DNA of 38,116 nt from a virus (lineage: Duplodnaviria; Caudoviricetes). The DNA is taken from IMG/VR virus record IMGVR_UViG_3300046823_000037, positions 1-38,116 of that record, one strand, 5' to 3'. Under the pieces are notes generated by a model. The model was not told the origin of the DNA. It worked only from the letters and a program-made list of their open reading frames with translations, and did not search any database. Of this stretch, positions 1 to 9,172 are shown one piece after another; positions within the stretch are counted from its first letter, which is position 1; every line of letters begins with the position of its first letter. Both the position numbers and the translations under genes were made by a program.

Positions 1-2
1 TT

Positions 3-149
3 CCAGATCATGCTTATGATTGCGTAAGATATTATGTTGCATATCACGGAGTAGGTTTACCAATAGTGCATAAGAAGCCGCCGAAACGAAGTTTTGCATA
101 CTATAATCAAGTCTTTAAAAATAAGAATAATTTGATTAATCAAGGTTAA
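3..149 (+). CDS. terL: Terminase large subunit, C-terminal fragment (5' part outside the window)
   Basis: The frame from base 3 reads PDHAYDCVRYYVAYHG...NQG*. DHxxDxxRY is the C-terminal nuclease motif of large terminases. The TAA stop overlaps the portal ATG. Confidence 0.85.
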   Translation, partial: PDHAYDCVRYYVAYHGVGLPIVHKKPPKRSFAYYNQVFKNKNNLINQG

Positions 150-2038
150 TGGCTAAAAAAGTTTCGATAGACCTTTCAATTACTACACCTTGGGGACTAA
201 GAATTTCTCAAGCTAATAAGTATTATAAGAAATGGGAAAACCGTTTTCGTTGTGATACATTAGAAAATTATTGGGAAGGTTTTCAATGGAGATTAGCAAA
301 TGGAGTACAGATAGAATTATCTGGGTCCCGCCGGCCATACACAGTAAATCTAGTTTATACTACGATCAAAAGAAAAGTAGCAAACATAACGTATACTTAT
401 CCTGAATTTATTCTAACCCCGCGGCCTGGACAAATGGACTGGAATCAGGATTTTGCTGTAAGATCAGCGCAGTTAAAAGAAGACGCTCTAAATACTAAGG
501 TTTCAGATCCTAGATTAGAATTTGTAGATGATATACGTTATGCGGCTTTAGATAGTTTCTTTAGATTTGCTGTAATGGAAGTTGGATATTCTAAAGACTG
601 GCAGAATCCTAATGCACCTAAACTTGAGATGGAATCTCATGAGGATCCATTAATTTCTGATACAAAAGATCGTGTTGTAAAGTATGATGAACTTCCAGAT
701 AATGAAGCAGTATACACAAAATGGATCTCTGCAAGAAGATTCAGAGTCAGCATGTCCGATAATGTTAAACTACGGAATTGTGATTGGTGCGGCTATTATG
801 GTTTTATCTCCAAAAAGGTTCTTCAAGAAACTGAAGGTATTAAATTTCCAAGTAACTATGATACAAAGTACTATAGTATAGATACTGCGGACGCATTAGA
901 TTATTTTAAAGAAAATAAGATTGAAGGTATCTCTGATCTGGAGGACGGCGAACTTTGTAAAGTTTGGCATATTTGGGACAATATTAGTAAGAAAAGGTTA
1001 TTGATTTTAGATGGTCCATTCGTTGAAATGTATTCTGAGTCTTTTGAAAGGCTTCCTTTCGCTACTTATAGAAGTGATATCTCCCTTAAAGGATGGTATC
1101 CTATTCCTCCTGTATGGCAATGGTTATCTCCACAAAATGAAGTTAATGAAGCACGAGAACAAATTAGAAGATATAGACGTCGTGCAACACGAAAATTTGA
1201 AGTCTCAAAAGGCGACCACGATACTGATGAATTAGAAAAATTAAAAACAGACGAAGATGGCTCTATTATTGTAACTAAGAGAAAAGATGGAAATCCTTCA
1301 GTTAGGCCAATCCAAAATCCACAAATAGATGCAAATATTGTTGATGGATTAACGATGGCTAAAGATGACTTTGATATAGTTGCAAGTATTCCTGTAGCTC
1401 GCGGGCGCGCAAGTGATAGACAAACTGCTACAGCTACTAGACAAATAGCTTCAGACCAAAGTATAGTAGAAAGTTTAGAACAAATAGATTTCTCTCGATT
1501 CGTTTCTGCCGTAGGGAGAGAAATGTTACTCCAGATGGGAGAAAAATTAGAGCAGGGATTCTGGATTAAATCTTCATTAGACCCTGGTAATCCAGAGGAT
1601 ATTTTTTCTGAGGTTCAAGATAAACAGCCTATCTATAATTATATCACTTCTCAAAGTCTTGTAGATGGATATGATTTCGATATTATCTGTAATGTCGTTA
1701 ATTCTACTCCTGAAAACATGGTAAAAGAGAAAGCTTCTTTTATCGAGTTTCTTTCTTTAGTTACACAATTTCCTGCCATAGCAATGTCTCCTACATTAGT
1801 TAGAGAAACAGCATATCGTTGCGGATATAAAAATGAACGTGTTATACGTGAATATCAGAAAATGGCTATGCTTGCATTAATGGAAAAGGCAAATATGGCT
1901 GGACAAAGTGTAGCAGCTCAAGGATTAATTCCTCAAGGAAATCAAGATAATGGGGCAGCCGCAGGTATGGCTCAAAGGCAAATGCCTAATTCTCTTAATG
2001 ATATTACGGCTCAACTTTATTCTCAGGTAGGTCAATAA
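149..2038 (+). CDS. Portal protein (podovirus type)
   Basis: 629 aa, directly after terL and before scaffold/capsid, with a Q/M-rich C-terminal tail typical of podoviral portals. Confidence 0.85.
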   Translation: MAKKVSIDLSITTPWGLRISQANKYYKKWENRFRCDTLENYWEGFQWRLANGVQIELSGSRRPYTVNLVYTTIKRKVANITYTYPEFILTPRPGQMDWNQDFAVRSAQLKEDALNTKVSDPRLEFVDDIRYAALDSFFRFAVMEVGYSKDWQNPNAPKLEMESHEDPLISDTKDRVVKYDELPDNEAVYTKWISARRFRVSMSDNVKLRNCDWCGYYGFISKKVLQETEGIKFPSNYDTKYYSIDTADALDYFKENKIEGISDLEDGELCKVWHIWDNISKKRLLILDGPFVEMYSESFERLPFATYRSDISLKGWYPIPPVWQWLSPQNEVNEAREQIRRYRRRATRKFEVSKGDHDTDELEKLKTDEDGSIIVTKRKDGNPSVRPIQNPQIDANIVDGLTMAKDDFDIVASIPVARGRASDRQTATATRQIASDQSIVESLEQIDFSRFVSAVGREMLLQMGEKLEQGFWIKSSLDPGNPEDIFSEVQDKQPIYNYITSQSLVDGYDFDIICNVVNSTPENMVKEKASFIEFLSLVTQFPAIAMSPTLVRETAYRCGYKNERVIREYQKMAMLALMEKANMAGQSVAAQGLIPQGNQDNGAAAGMAQRQMPNSLNDITAQLYSQVGQ

Positions 2039-2220
2039 TGATAGTTGAATCAGGTAATGGATTTCAAGTTAAGTCTGAATCAGGTTCTAAGAATTTATCT
2101 AAACCAGGTTTAAGTAAGAAAGCCGCAGTTAAGAGACTACGAGAAGTAGAATATTTCAAACATAGGAGTGCAGCTAACACTGTAAAACAATATGGAAAAT
2201 CCGGACGAGACACCGATTAA
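2038..2220 (+). CDS. Small basic hypothetical protein
   Basis: 60 aa, TAATG overlap with the portal stop, K/R-rich (KRLREVEYFKH). Confidence 0.7.
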   Translation: MIVESGNGFQVKSESGSKNLSKPGLSKKAAVKRLREVEYFKHRSAANTVKQYGKSGRDTD

Positions 2221-2386
2221 GAAGAAAATAGTTAAGAAATCTAAAATGCACGACCGCCGCAAGGGTGCGACTAAAGGTGAACAAAGAAAGGCTCATATTG
2301 AAAGAATAGCTGGAAATATGGCTAAGTTTTATGGTAAAAAGGGTGATAGTGTAGCTGAAATGCGTCCAAAATCTAAAGTGTATTAG
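2192..2386 (+). CDS. Small basic hypothetical protein
   Basis: 64 aa, very K/R-rich, in operon order between portal and scaffold. Confidence 0.6.
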   Translation: MENPDETPIKKKIVKKSKMHDRRKGATKGEQRKAHIERIAGNMAKFYGKKGDSVAEMRPKSKVY

Positions 2387-2394
2387 GAGATTAT

Positions 2395-3318
2395 ATGTTA
2401 CTAAGGAAATTATTCTACTTAAATCAACTAACTATTGATGAAAAAGAAGGTGATGAAAAACCTGGCGGAGGTGATGAAGCCAAACCTACTTTAGATGAGG
2501 CTATAGATAAAGCAACTAAAGATTTAGATAAAGATGATGAAGATAGCAAGAAGGATGATGATAAAGAGGATGATAAGAAGGAAGATACTGATGATAAAGA
2601 TGAAGACGAAGATGAAGATGAGGAAGATGATCTAGATGAGGATCAAAAAATTCAGGCTAAGAACGTCTTTAAACTTCTTAATAATCCTAATACTTCAATA
2701 GAGACTTTAAGAGCATTAGCCGCGCAAGCGGGATTAAAGTTAGAACAAATAGAGACTAAAAAAGAAGAGACTGCTGCAAAGAAAACGATTAAGGACATCG
2801 TAAAGGATAAAATAGGGGCTAAGTATCCTTTCTTAACAGAAGATTTAGGCGATTTACTTGAAGATTTATTTAAAACTCAAATAACCGAGTCTACAAAAGA
2901 CATTAGAACTAAGATTGCTGAGGGTGAACTTAATATACTTAAGGAAAGAATTGTTGCAGCTCAGGAAAAAGTAGTTTCTGAGTATGTAGATGTTCCAGTA
3001 GCAGTTTTAAAGGAATTTGTTAGGATGCAGGAAAATGGTGAGATTGTTCCTGGACCTAAACAACCTCCAGAAAAATTTATTAGGTTAGGAATCCGCGAGG
3101 CTGCGGAAAACCTTAAAATTTCACTAGTTAAAAAGTCTACAGGTTCTAGTGAAAGTACGTCTAAAAAGAAATCATCTCCATTAGATGAGTTAACGTCAAA
3201 GAGTAGGTCTTCTTCCAGTTCCATGAAAGATGGGATTAAATCTACCCAAGTCAAGAATATTAACGATGCTATAAGACTTGCAGAGGAGTCTATAGCTAAA
3301 GAAATGAAGAAGGCATAG
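2395..3318 (+). CDS. Capsid scaffolding protein
   Basis: AGGAG SD. Acidic D/E low-complexity N-terminus, helical middle, basic C-terminus. Immediately upstream of the major capsid gene. Confidence 0.75.
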   Translation: MLLRKLFYLNQLTIDEKEGDEKPGGGDEAKPTLDEAIDKATKDLDKDDEDSKKDDDKEDDKKEDTDDKDEDEDEDEEDDLDEDQKIQAKNVFKLLNNPNTSIETLRALAAQAGLKLEQIETKKEETAAKKTIKDIVKDKIGAKYPFLTEDLGDLLEDLFKTQITESTKDIRTKIAEGELNILKERIVAAQEKVVSEYVDVPVAVLKEFVRMQENGEIVPGPKQPPEKFIRLGIREAAENLKISLVKKSTGSSESTSKKKSSPLDELTSKSRSSSSSMKDGIKSTQVKNINDAIRLAEESIAKEMKKA

Positions 3319-3319
3319 A

Positions 3320-4540
3320 ATGAAAGAGCGAAAAGTTAGTTTTGGTCGAATGCTTTTTGCGCTTGGAATTTTATCTGCTCAAATTTATTCACTAATTCTT
3401 CTTTTTTCTCATCATACTTATGAAGGAGTCTCACTTGCAACTATAACTTTTGGTGATACCGCGGCACCTTCAGATATTGCAAAATATTTTGATGCCTTAT
3501 TTACCCAAAGTTTGGCGAATAGTCGAGGTTTGTTAGTAGATCAAATCGGTGCAAGTAACGCTTTCTTGCACATGATTATGAAATCAGATTCTTATGAGTC
3601 CGCGGATGGTGGAACACACATTGAAGAAGAATTAATGTATGCTCTTTCTCCGATGGAATCTTATGATGGATTTGATGAATTAAGTACTGCTGAAACTGAT
3701 GGTGTAACTGCCGCAATTTATGAGTGGCGTCAGCTTGCTACTCCAGTTACATATTCAATGAAGCAGATTATTCAGAATCGCAGAAAGATTATTAATCTTG
3801 TTAAAACTAAGATGACTCAGTGCTCAATGGGTATTGAGGAAGGTTTTTCAAGTAATTTTATGCGTGGTGGTGGTGACGCTTTAATTGATACACCAAAAAC
3901 TAATCCTATTAATGGTTCACTTTCTATTGAACCATTAGGAAAACTAGTTAAGTTTGATCCTACAACCTCTACTTTGATTGGAAATATTAATCAAAGTACT
4001 TCTACATGGTGGAGGAATCAGACAAAGACTTCTGCTTCTGGAACTAACACAGGTAGTACATTCATTGCAGAATGGATGAATATTTATAATACTTGTGCAC
4101 TAGGAACTGGTGGTGCTCCTGATATTTGTTTGGCAGATCAGCAAACATATGAGATTGCATCTATGTCTCTTTATCAGAAGTATCGTCAAACAAGTTCAGA
4201 TACAAATTTTCCATTTACTAATATTCGTATCCCTTTTGGTAATGGCCAAAGTCTATTAGTTATGGATGATAAGGTTCCAGACGCATTTAGTAATTTAACA
4301 TCTACAGCTACTTTTGGTACAATGTATCTGTTAAATTCTAAATTTTTCAAGATTCGTCCTATTGAAGGTCGAGATTTTGAAATGTTGGAAGATGAGAATG
4401 GAAAAGTATTTACTAAACCTGCAAATCAGGATGCGCGAGTTGGACATTGTGCATGGATGGGACAGGTTACAGTAAATAATCGTAGAAAACATGGCGTCTG
4501 GGGTAAAATCCAGCGTTCGGCTGCATTTACTTTTAGCTAG
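3320..4540 (+). CDS. Major capsid protein (HK97-fold type) with an unusual hydrophobic N-terminal extension
   Basis: 406 aa after the scaffold. Capsid-like segments GGTHIEEELMY, YDGFDEL, IGNINQSTSTWWRNQ, MYLLNSKF, GQVTVNNRRKHG. Confidence 0.85.
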   Translation: MKERKVSFGRMLFALGILSAQIYSLILLFSHHTYEGVSLATITFGDTAAPSDIAKYFDALFTQSLANSRGLLVDQIGASNAFLHMIMKSDSYESADGGTHIEEELMYALSPMESYDGFDELSTAETDGVTAAIYEWRQLATPVTYSMKQIIQNRRKIINLVKTKMTQCSMGIEEGFSSNFMRGGGDALIDTPKTNPINGSLSIEPLGKLVKFDPTTSTLIGNINQSTSTWWRNQTKTSASGTNTGSTFIAEWMNIYNTCALGTGGAPDICLADQQTYEIASMSLYQKYRQTSSDTNFPFTNIRIPFGNGQSLLVMDDKVPDAFSNLTSTATFGTMYLLNSKFFKIRPIEGRDFEMLEDENGKVFTKPANQDARVGHCAWMGQVTVNNRRKHGVWGKIQRSAAFTFS

Positions 4541-4563
4541 ACTTTAATTTATACCCTAATCAC

Positions 4564-4647
4564 AGGATTGGGGCCTTAAGCAAGTTTCAGAGAATATTAA
4601 TAACCTTACCGTTATGCGAGTTCTTTGATTCTTTAGGCCCCAATTTT
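4564..4647 (+). other. Long irregular intergenic hairpin after the capsid gene
   Basis: ATTGGGGCCT (4567-4576) pairs with AGGCCCCAAT (4635-4644). Inner stems TCAGAGAAT/GTTCTTTGA and ATAAC/GTTAT. Confidence 0.7.
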
Positions 4648-4683
4648 AAGTCAAGATGAGACCGACAAAAGGGATCAATTTCA

Positions 4684-5217
4684 ATGAGATTTAAAGTAGT
4701 TGGAAGTAAGCGCGATGTAATGGCCGCAGTTTTCCGAAATTCTGATACTATTCCAATTAAAGCTGGATCTCCAGTTTTTCTAGCTTGTTCAGGAACAGAA
4801 GATGGTTTACGCTGTGTTTCTTCAAATAATTTGGCCGCAGCTTTACAGGGAAATTACTTTGGTATCGCCTATAATGCTGTAGCTGTTAATGCTTTTGGAG
4901 AAGCCCAGGTTTTTGGATTTAATGATGGTGTTCGACTTCGAGTTTCTACAAGAGCCGTAGCATCTTCAGATGTCTGGGCAAGTTATCCGGCTGGTGGTAT
5001 TGGAGATCAATTAGTTCCTATTACTGGAACTGGAACTCTTGCAGGAAGTTTGGATGCTGATCAGGGATTTTCTAATAATCTATCTCAAGCATTCTCAGTT
5101 TACTGCAAAGTTAGACTTGGACAAACTTATGCTTCTCAAACAACTCAAGCATCTAGTTTGTTATCAGGACAGACTGCATCCTTCTTGACAGTTAAGGTTC
5201 AAGTTCACTCTATGTAA
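4684..5217 (+). CDS. Putative capsid decoration/cement protein
   Basis: 177 aa, rich in small residues and beta-like, directly after the major capsid gene and followed by a terminator. Confidence 0.6.
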   Translation: MRFKVVGSKRDVMAAVFRNSDTIPIKAGSPVFLACSGTEDGLRCVSSNNLAAALQGNYFGIAYNAVAVNAFGEAQVFGFNDGVRLRVSTRAVASSDVWASYPAGGIGDQLVPITGTGTLAGSLDADQGFSNNLSQAFSVYCKVRLGQTYASQTTQASSLLSGQTASFLTVKVQVHSM

Positions 5218-5223
5218 ACTTTT

Positions 5224-5253
5224 TGGGGGAGATAAACTCCCCCATATTTCTTC
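5224..5253 (+). terminator. Probable intrinsic terminator after the capsid genes
   Basis: TGGGGGAG-ATAAA-CTCCCCCA followed by an imperfect U tract, TATTTCTTC. Confidence 0.65.
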
Positions 5254-5266
5254 TTAAAGGATAGAT

Positions 5267-6139
5267 ATGGAAAATAAGGTAGATATCTCAAATAAAAGGG
5301 TTTTTGTACTGGTTAATACCCTACAATCTGTAAACTCTAATGTTTACGCTAATCATTGTCATTTTTTTACTTATTCAGCTAAAAATATACCTGGAATTAA
5401 ATTTGAATTTTGGACCCCAGAAAGAATGGCTATAGATACAGCACGAAATACAGCCGCTCAAATGGCTATGGAAATGAACTGTGACTATTTAATGTTTATA
5501 GATGATGATGTCATGGTTCCACCGGATACTTTAGAAAAACTATTACTTGCTGACAAGGATATTATAGCCGGACTCGTTATTATTCGTGGGTACCCGTTTA
5601 ATAACATGGCATTTAAGTATAAGGAAAATACTATTAAAGACGGTAAAGAGGTCAGAAATCTTGATTTTTTCAACGATTTAGAAAAAGAATATGTTTATAA
5701 TGATGAGTGGTATCAAAAAGAAGATATAGTTAAGGTAATAGGTGAGGAGGAAGCAACTAAACTACCTTACCGTTATAAAGAAATCCAAGAATGTGATGCT
5801 ATTGGTTTCTCATGTGCTTTAATTAAGATTGATGTCTTAAAAGCGTGTCCTAAACCATACTTTTTAACTGCAAAAAATCATACTGAAGATGTTTATTTCT
5901 GTATGAAGGTGCAGGATAGTTTAGATCCTAAACCTGGAATTTTTCTACATACTGGAGTTCAACCGGGGCATATGATGAATGCTGAGCCAGTAGAATTTGC
6001 TATTAAAGGTAAATTAAAAGCATTTTTTGATAGTTTAATGGATGAGGCTAAGTTATATCGTGGTGAAACAGACGATGGTATAGCTAGAAATCAAGCGTAT
6101 ATTGATGCGTGCGTAGCTCAAGTTAGGAGAACAAAATGA
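5267..6139 (+). CDS. Glycosyltransferase, GT-A fold (GT2-like)
   Basis: ARN...A, DYLMFIDDD (DxD motif), GFSCALIK and TEDVYFC (catalytic ED) motifs. Confidence 0.85.
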   Translation: MENKVDISNKRVFVLVNTLQSVNSNVYANHCHFFTYSAKNIPGIKFEFWTPERMAIDTARNTAAQMAMEMNCDYLMFIDDDVMVPPDTLEKLLLADKDIIAGLVIIRGYPFNNMAFKYKENTIKDGKEVRNLDFFNDLEKEYVYNDEWYQKEDIVKVIGEEEATKLPYRYKEIQECDAIGFSCALIKIDVLKACPKPYFLTAKNHTEDVYFCMKVQDSLDPKPGIFLHTGVQPGHMMNAEPVEFAIKGKLKAFFDSLMDEAKLYRGETDDGIARNQAYIDACVAQVRRTK

Positions 6140-6666
6140 AGTTGAACTACGGATGTGGAGAGACTAAATTAAAAGATTTTATCAATATAGATGTAGAAGA
6201 ATCAGTTAAACCTGATCTTGTTCTTGATTTAAAGGTACATCCATTCCCATATGAAGCGGAAACAGTAGATTTGATTCATTGTATCCATAATATTGAACAT
6301 ATTGAACAAAGATATTGGCCGCAAATTTTTTGTGAGTTTTGGAGAGTACTTAAACCTGAAGGTGAATTACGTCTAGCTTATCCTGAGTTTGAAAAAGTAG
6401 CTTTTAATTTCTTAGAGAATACAAGAGGTCAGCGGGATTTTTGGAGAGCTACTTTATATGGTAGACAACTTTATCCAGGTGATTATCATGTTGTTCCAAT
6501 GGTTACGGCCGAAGTAGAAGAATATCTAACTTCTTGTGGGTTCCATAATATAGGATCTGCACCAGAACCGTTTAGAGAATATAATACTTTCTTAATAGCT
6601 AATAAAGGTCCTGCTCCCATGACTAGGGAAAATCTATTAGTTAAAGAAATCTTTTTACAAAAATGA
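6136..6666 (+). CDS. Class I SAM-dependent methyltransferase
   Basis: LNYGCG motif I, INID, HNIEH, RVLKPEG. ATGA overlap with the glycosyltransferase gene. Confidence 0.85.
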   Translation: MKLNYGCGETKLKDFINIDVEESVKPDLVLDLKVHPFPYEAETVDLIHCIHNIEHIEQRYWPQIFCEFWRVLKPEGELRLAYPEFEKVAFNFLENTRGQRDFWRATLYGRQLYPGDYHVVPMVTAEVEEYLTSCGFHNIGSAPEPFREYNTFLIANKGPAPMTRENLLVKEIFLQK

Positions 6667-6917
6667 AATTAGTTGATTTGGAACCTAAATGGTTTACGTT
6701 AGGTTGGAGTACATTCGGTGCAAATCATGTGGGTTTAACTTTTAAATGCCCTCATTGTCTAAGTATAAGGTTAGCTGTAAATTTTGAAGATATAGGTTCT
6801 GGAAAAATTTGGGAGAAAACTGGTGATGACTTTACTAATATTTCGTTCTATCCTTCTATAAATGCAGAACAATCTGGCCATTGGCATGGCTGGATAATTA
6901 ATGGCGAAATAAAATGA
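6663..6917 (+). CDS. Small Cys/His metal-binding protein (DUF6527-like)
   Basis: FKCPHC...W...SFYPSI...HWHGWIINGE pattern. ATGA overlaps on both sides. Confidence 0.6.
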   Translation: MKLVDLEPKWFTLGWSTFGANHVGLTFKCPHCLSIRLAVNFEDIGSGKIWEKTGDDFTNISFYPSINAEQSGHWHGWIINGEIK

Positions 6918-7540
6918 GTAGTTTTGCAGATATAAAGACTGATATAAGAGAGAATCTTAATGATTCTGGCATTACATATTATTCAGCCGCAGATATGACT
7001 GAATCTATGGAAGATGCTTATTCTGATGTTTTATTCAGGACCAGATGTTCAATTAAGAAGGTTACATTAAGTTTTATAGCAGGATGCTATTACGACTTTA
7101 AGTTTTTAGGCGTGGAAGACTTCATGTGTGTTATTGCTATTTTTAATAATAACACAAATCATTGGCTTTTAGATGATGTTACAATAAAGGATCTTGATTC
7201 TATCCGCACTGATTGGGAAATAGCAGAAGGCCAACCACAAGTATGGTGCCCACTAAATTTTGAACTTAATGTGATTTGGCCATATTTATCTGTGCCAACT
7301 GGTACTTTTGACCTTTATTATGCTGCAAAAGCAGCAAATATAGATGATGATACAGACACTCCATTAATAGCTAGTGATGCTCAAAGTCTTTTAGAACAAT
7401 ATTGTTCTGGGGATTTATTAGAGCAAGCGGAAGAATATACTAAAGCTAACGAATACTTTAAAGACTACGAGGATACTCTTTCTGAATATTTTGATCGTGT
7501 GAAGAATCTAGCAAGGCGAGATTTATTAATTAAAATTTAA
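6914..7540 (+). CDS. Putative head-tail adaptor protein
   Basis: 208 aa, helical N- and C-termini around a beta core (GQPQVW...IWPY..P), in the adaptor position. Confidence 0.6.
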   Translation: MSSFADIKTDIRENLNDSGITYYSAADMTESMEDAYSDVLFRTRCSIKKVTLSFIAGCYYDFKFLGVEDFMCVIAIFNNNTNHWLLDDVTIKDLDSIRTDWEIAEGQPQVWCPLNFELNVIWPYLSVPTGTFDLYYAAKAANIDDDTDTPLIASDAQSLLEQYCSGDLLEQAEEYTKANEYFKDYEDTLSEYFDRVKNLARRDLLIKI

Positions 7541-7577
7541 ACTCTAGCTTAGTTTGAATCGAACTTCAAACTAGAGT
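7541..7577 (+). other. Intergenic hairpin
   Basis: TAGTTTGAA-TCGAAC-TTCAAACTA with an alternative outer pairing ACTCTAG/CTAGAGT. No U tract. Confidence 0.5.
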
Positions 7578-7586
7578 ACGTCACGG

Positions 7587-8267
7587 ATGCCTCTTTTTAC
7601 TTCGAGTCAGATAAACAGGTATAGTTTAGCTGCCGAACAAGCATTTACAACAGAATATCCATGTATAGTTGATAGAGTAGCATTACCTATTCTTTCAGGG
7701 ACATCGCTATATATTTTAAGCGATAATGTTACTAATATTCGACGTATTACCTACAGAGGGATAAAATTAGACCCTTTTTCTCATCGAGATTTTCGAGAGA
7801 AAATTAATGGGGCTACTTCTTCAGGTACTCCTACAGATTACGTTTATAATAATGTAGGTCAAATGACTATTAAGTTATTTCCTACTCCTATTGAAACCCT
7901 ACCATCTTCTCAACTTAATCTATTTACTCCCAGTGTTATTAAAACACAGTGTATTGTGGAATTTTACACTGTCGCGGATGGTATAGGTTATAAACTCCCA
8001 GATTATATTCGTAGAAGACTTTTAAAGGCATATGTCCTACGCCAACTTTTTCTTGCCGAAGGCAAAGGACAGAATCTTAAAGCAGCAAAATACTGGTCCG
8101 CAAAGTGGAATTATTTAATGAGATCTTATGGGGAACAGGTATATGACCAGTTAAATACACCACGAAGATTAATATCTAATTCTGGTATAGGGATGAGAAG
8201 ACAATATCTAGCTCAACCTCAGTTACCAATAGCAATGCAAGGATATGGAGTAGATCCAGGAGAATAA
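7587..8267 (+). CDS. Putative second adaptor/tail tubular protein
   Basis: 226 aa. The SGTPTDY...IKLFPTP pattern resembles adaptor proteins. Confidence 0.55.
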   Translation: MPLFTSSQINRYSLAAEQAFTTEYPCIVDRVALPILSGTSLYILSDNVTNIRRITYRGIKLDPFSHRDFREKINGATSSGTPTDYVYNNVGQMTIKLFPTPIETLPSSQLNLFTPSVIKTQCIVEFYTVADGIGYKLPDYIRRRLLKAYVLRQLFLAEGKGQNLKAAKYWSAKWNYLMRSYGEQVYDQLNTPRRLISNSGIGMRRQYLAQPQLPIAMQGYGVDPGE

Positions 8268-8268
8268 G

Positions 8269-8721
8269 ATGATAGAAAAAAAGTCAGTTAGTTTAGCCGC
8301 AGTCAGATTAATTAATGCTGATATTTTAGCATTACCTACTACAGGTATTGAATTGATTCCAGCCCCAGGGGCCAATAGAATTATAGTTCCTATTCATACT
8401 ATACTTCATTTTAGGTCATCCGCGGCCTATACTAATTTCGATACTTTAATGGCACTTTATTTGGCTCGCGGGAGTGGAGGAAGTAGGATTCAGTACCATA
8501 ATTCACCTGATCTTTTATTAGGTCAGACAGTTAATTATACAAGTATAATGCGTCCTGCTACAGACTTATTAGATGCTATAATGACTGATGCTGATACTGA
8601 TGTAGTTAATAAAGCATTAAATATTAAGATGGATAATGCTTTAGGCAATTTGACAGGTGGCGCGGCTGGAAATCTTCTTATAGTATCAACGCTATTTTAT
8701 ATTGCAAATATTCAGTTATAG
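8269..8721 (+). CDS. Hypothetical virion protein
   Basis: 150 aa, AGGAG SD, beta-rich, in the tail region. Confidence 0.6.
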   Translation: MIEKKSVSLAAVRLINADILALPTTGIELIPAPGANRIIVPIHTILHFRSSAAYTNFDTLMALYLARGSGGSRIQYHNSPDLLLGQTVNYTSIMRPATDLLDAIMTDADTDVVNKALNIKMDNALGNLTGGAAGNLLIVSTLFYIANIQL

Positions 8722-8730
8722 GAGATTTAA

Positions 8731-9168
8731 ATGGCAGCCTTTACAAAATATGAACAGTTCGTAGAAGATTTATGCCAGAAAGTACATGATCTATTTGGAA
8801 CATCTGGATCAACTGCTGATGTATTAAAAGTAGCCTTAACTAATACTGCTCCAGTTGTGGGAACGCATAAATTATTAGCAGATATTACTGAAATTGGAGC
8901 AGGAAACGGTTATACCGCAGGCGGAACTACTGCTACATTATCTGGAACTAGATCTGGTGGAACTTTTACTGCGGCTGGAACAAATATTGTTTTTACTGCT
9001 TCTGGAGGAACAATAGGACCATTTAGATACGCTGTATTGTATAATAGTACTCCTGGAAGTCCATTAAAACCATTAATAGGTTATTGGGATTATGGTTCTT
9101 CAATTACGTTAAATGATACAGAAACATTCACAGTAACATTTGGTGCAAGCATCTTTACTATTGCTTAA
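8731..9168 (+). CDS. Virion/tail-associated structural protein
   Basis: 145 aa, G/T-rich. LKVALTNTAP, GNGYTAGG, GPFRYAVLYN and LIGYWDYG are typical of small phage fibre-associated proteins. Confidence 0.7.
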   Translation: MAAFTKYEQFVEDLCQKVHDLFGTSGSTADVLKVALTNTAPVVGTHKLLADITEIGAGNGYTAGGTTATLSGTRSGGTFTAAGTNIVFTASGGTIGPFRYAVLYNSTPGSPLKPLIGYWDYGSSITLNDTETFTVTFGASIFTIA

Positions 9169-9172
9169 TTAA

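Noticed and set aside
684-1235. Alternative-frame ORFs 684-881 and 1011-1235
   Set aside because: Nested in the portal gene, with no SD or recognisable motifs.
2395-2470. Prp-protease-type cleavage leader on the scaffold (MLLRKLFYLN)
   Set aside because: Only a vague likeness to the LQFFA-type motif, not supportable by eye.
2961-5673. Antisense ORFs 2961-3254 and 5485-5673
   Set aside because: Shadows of the scaffold and glycosyltransferase genes.
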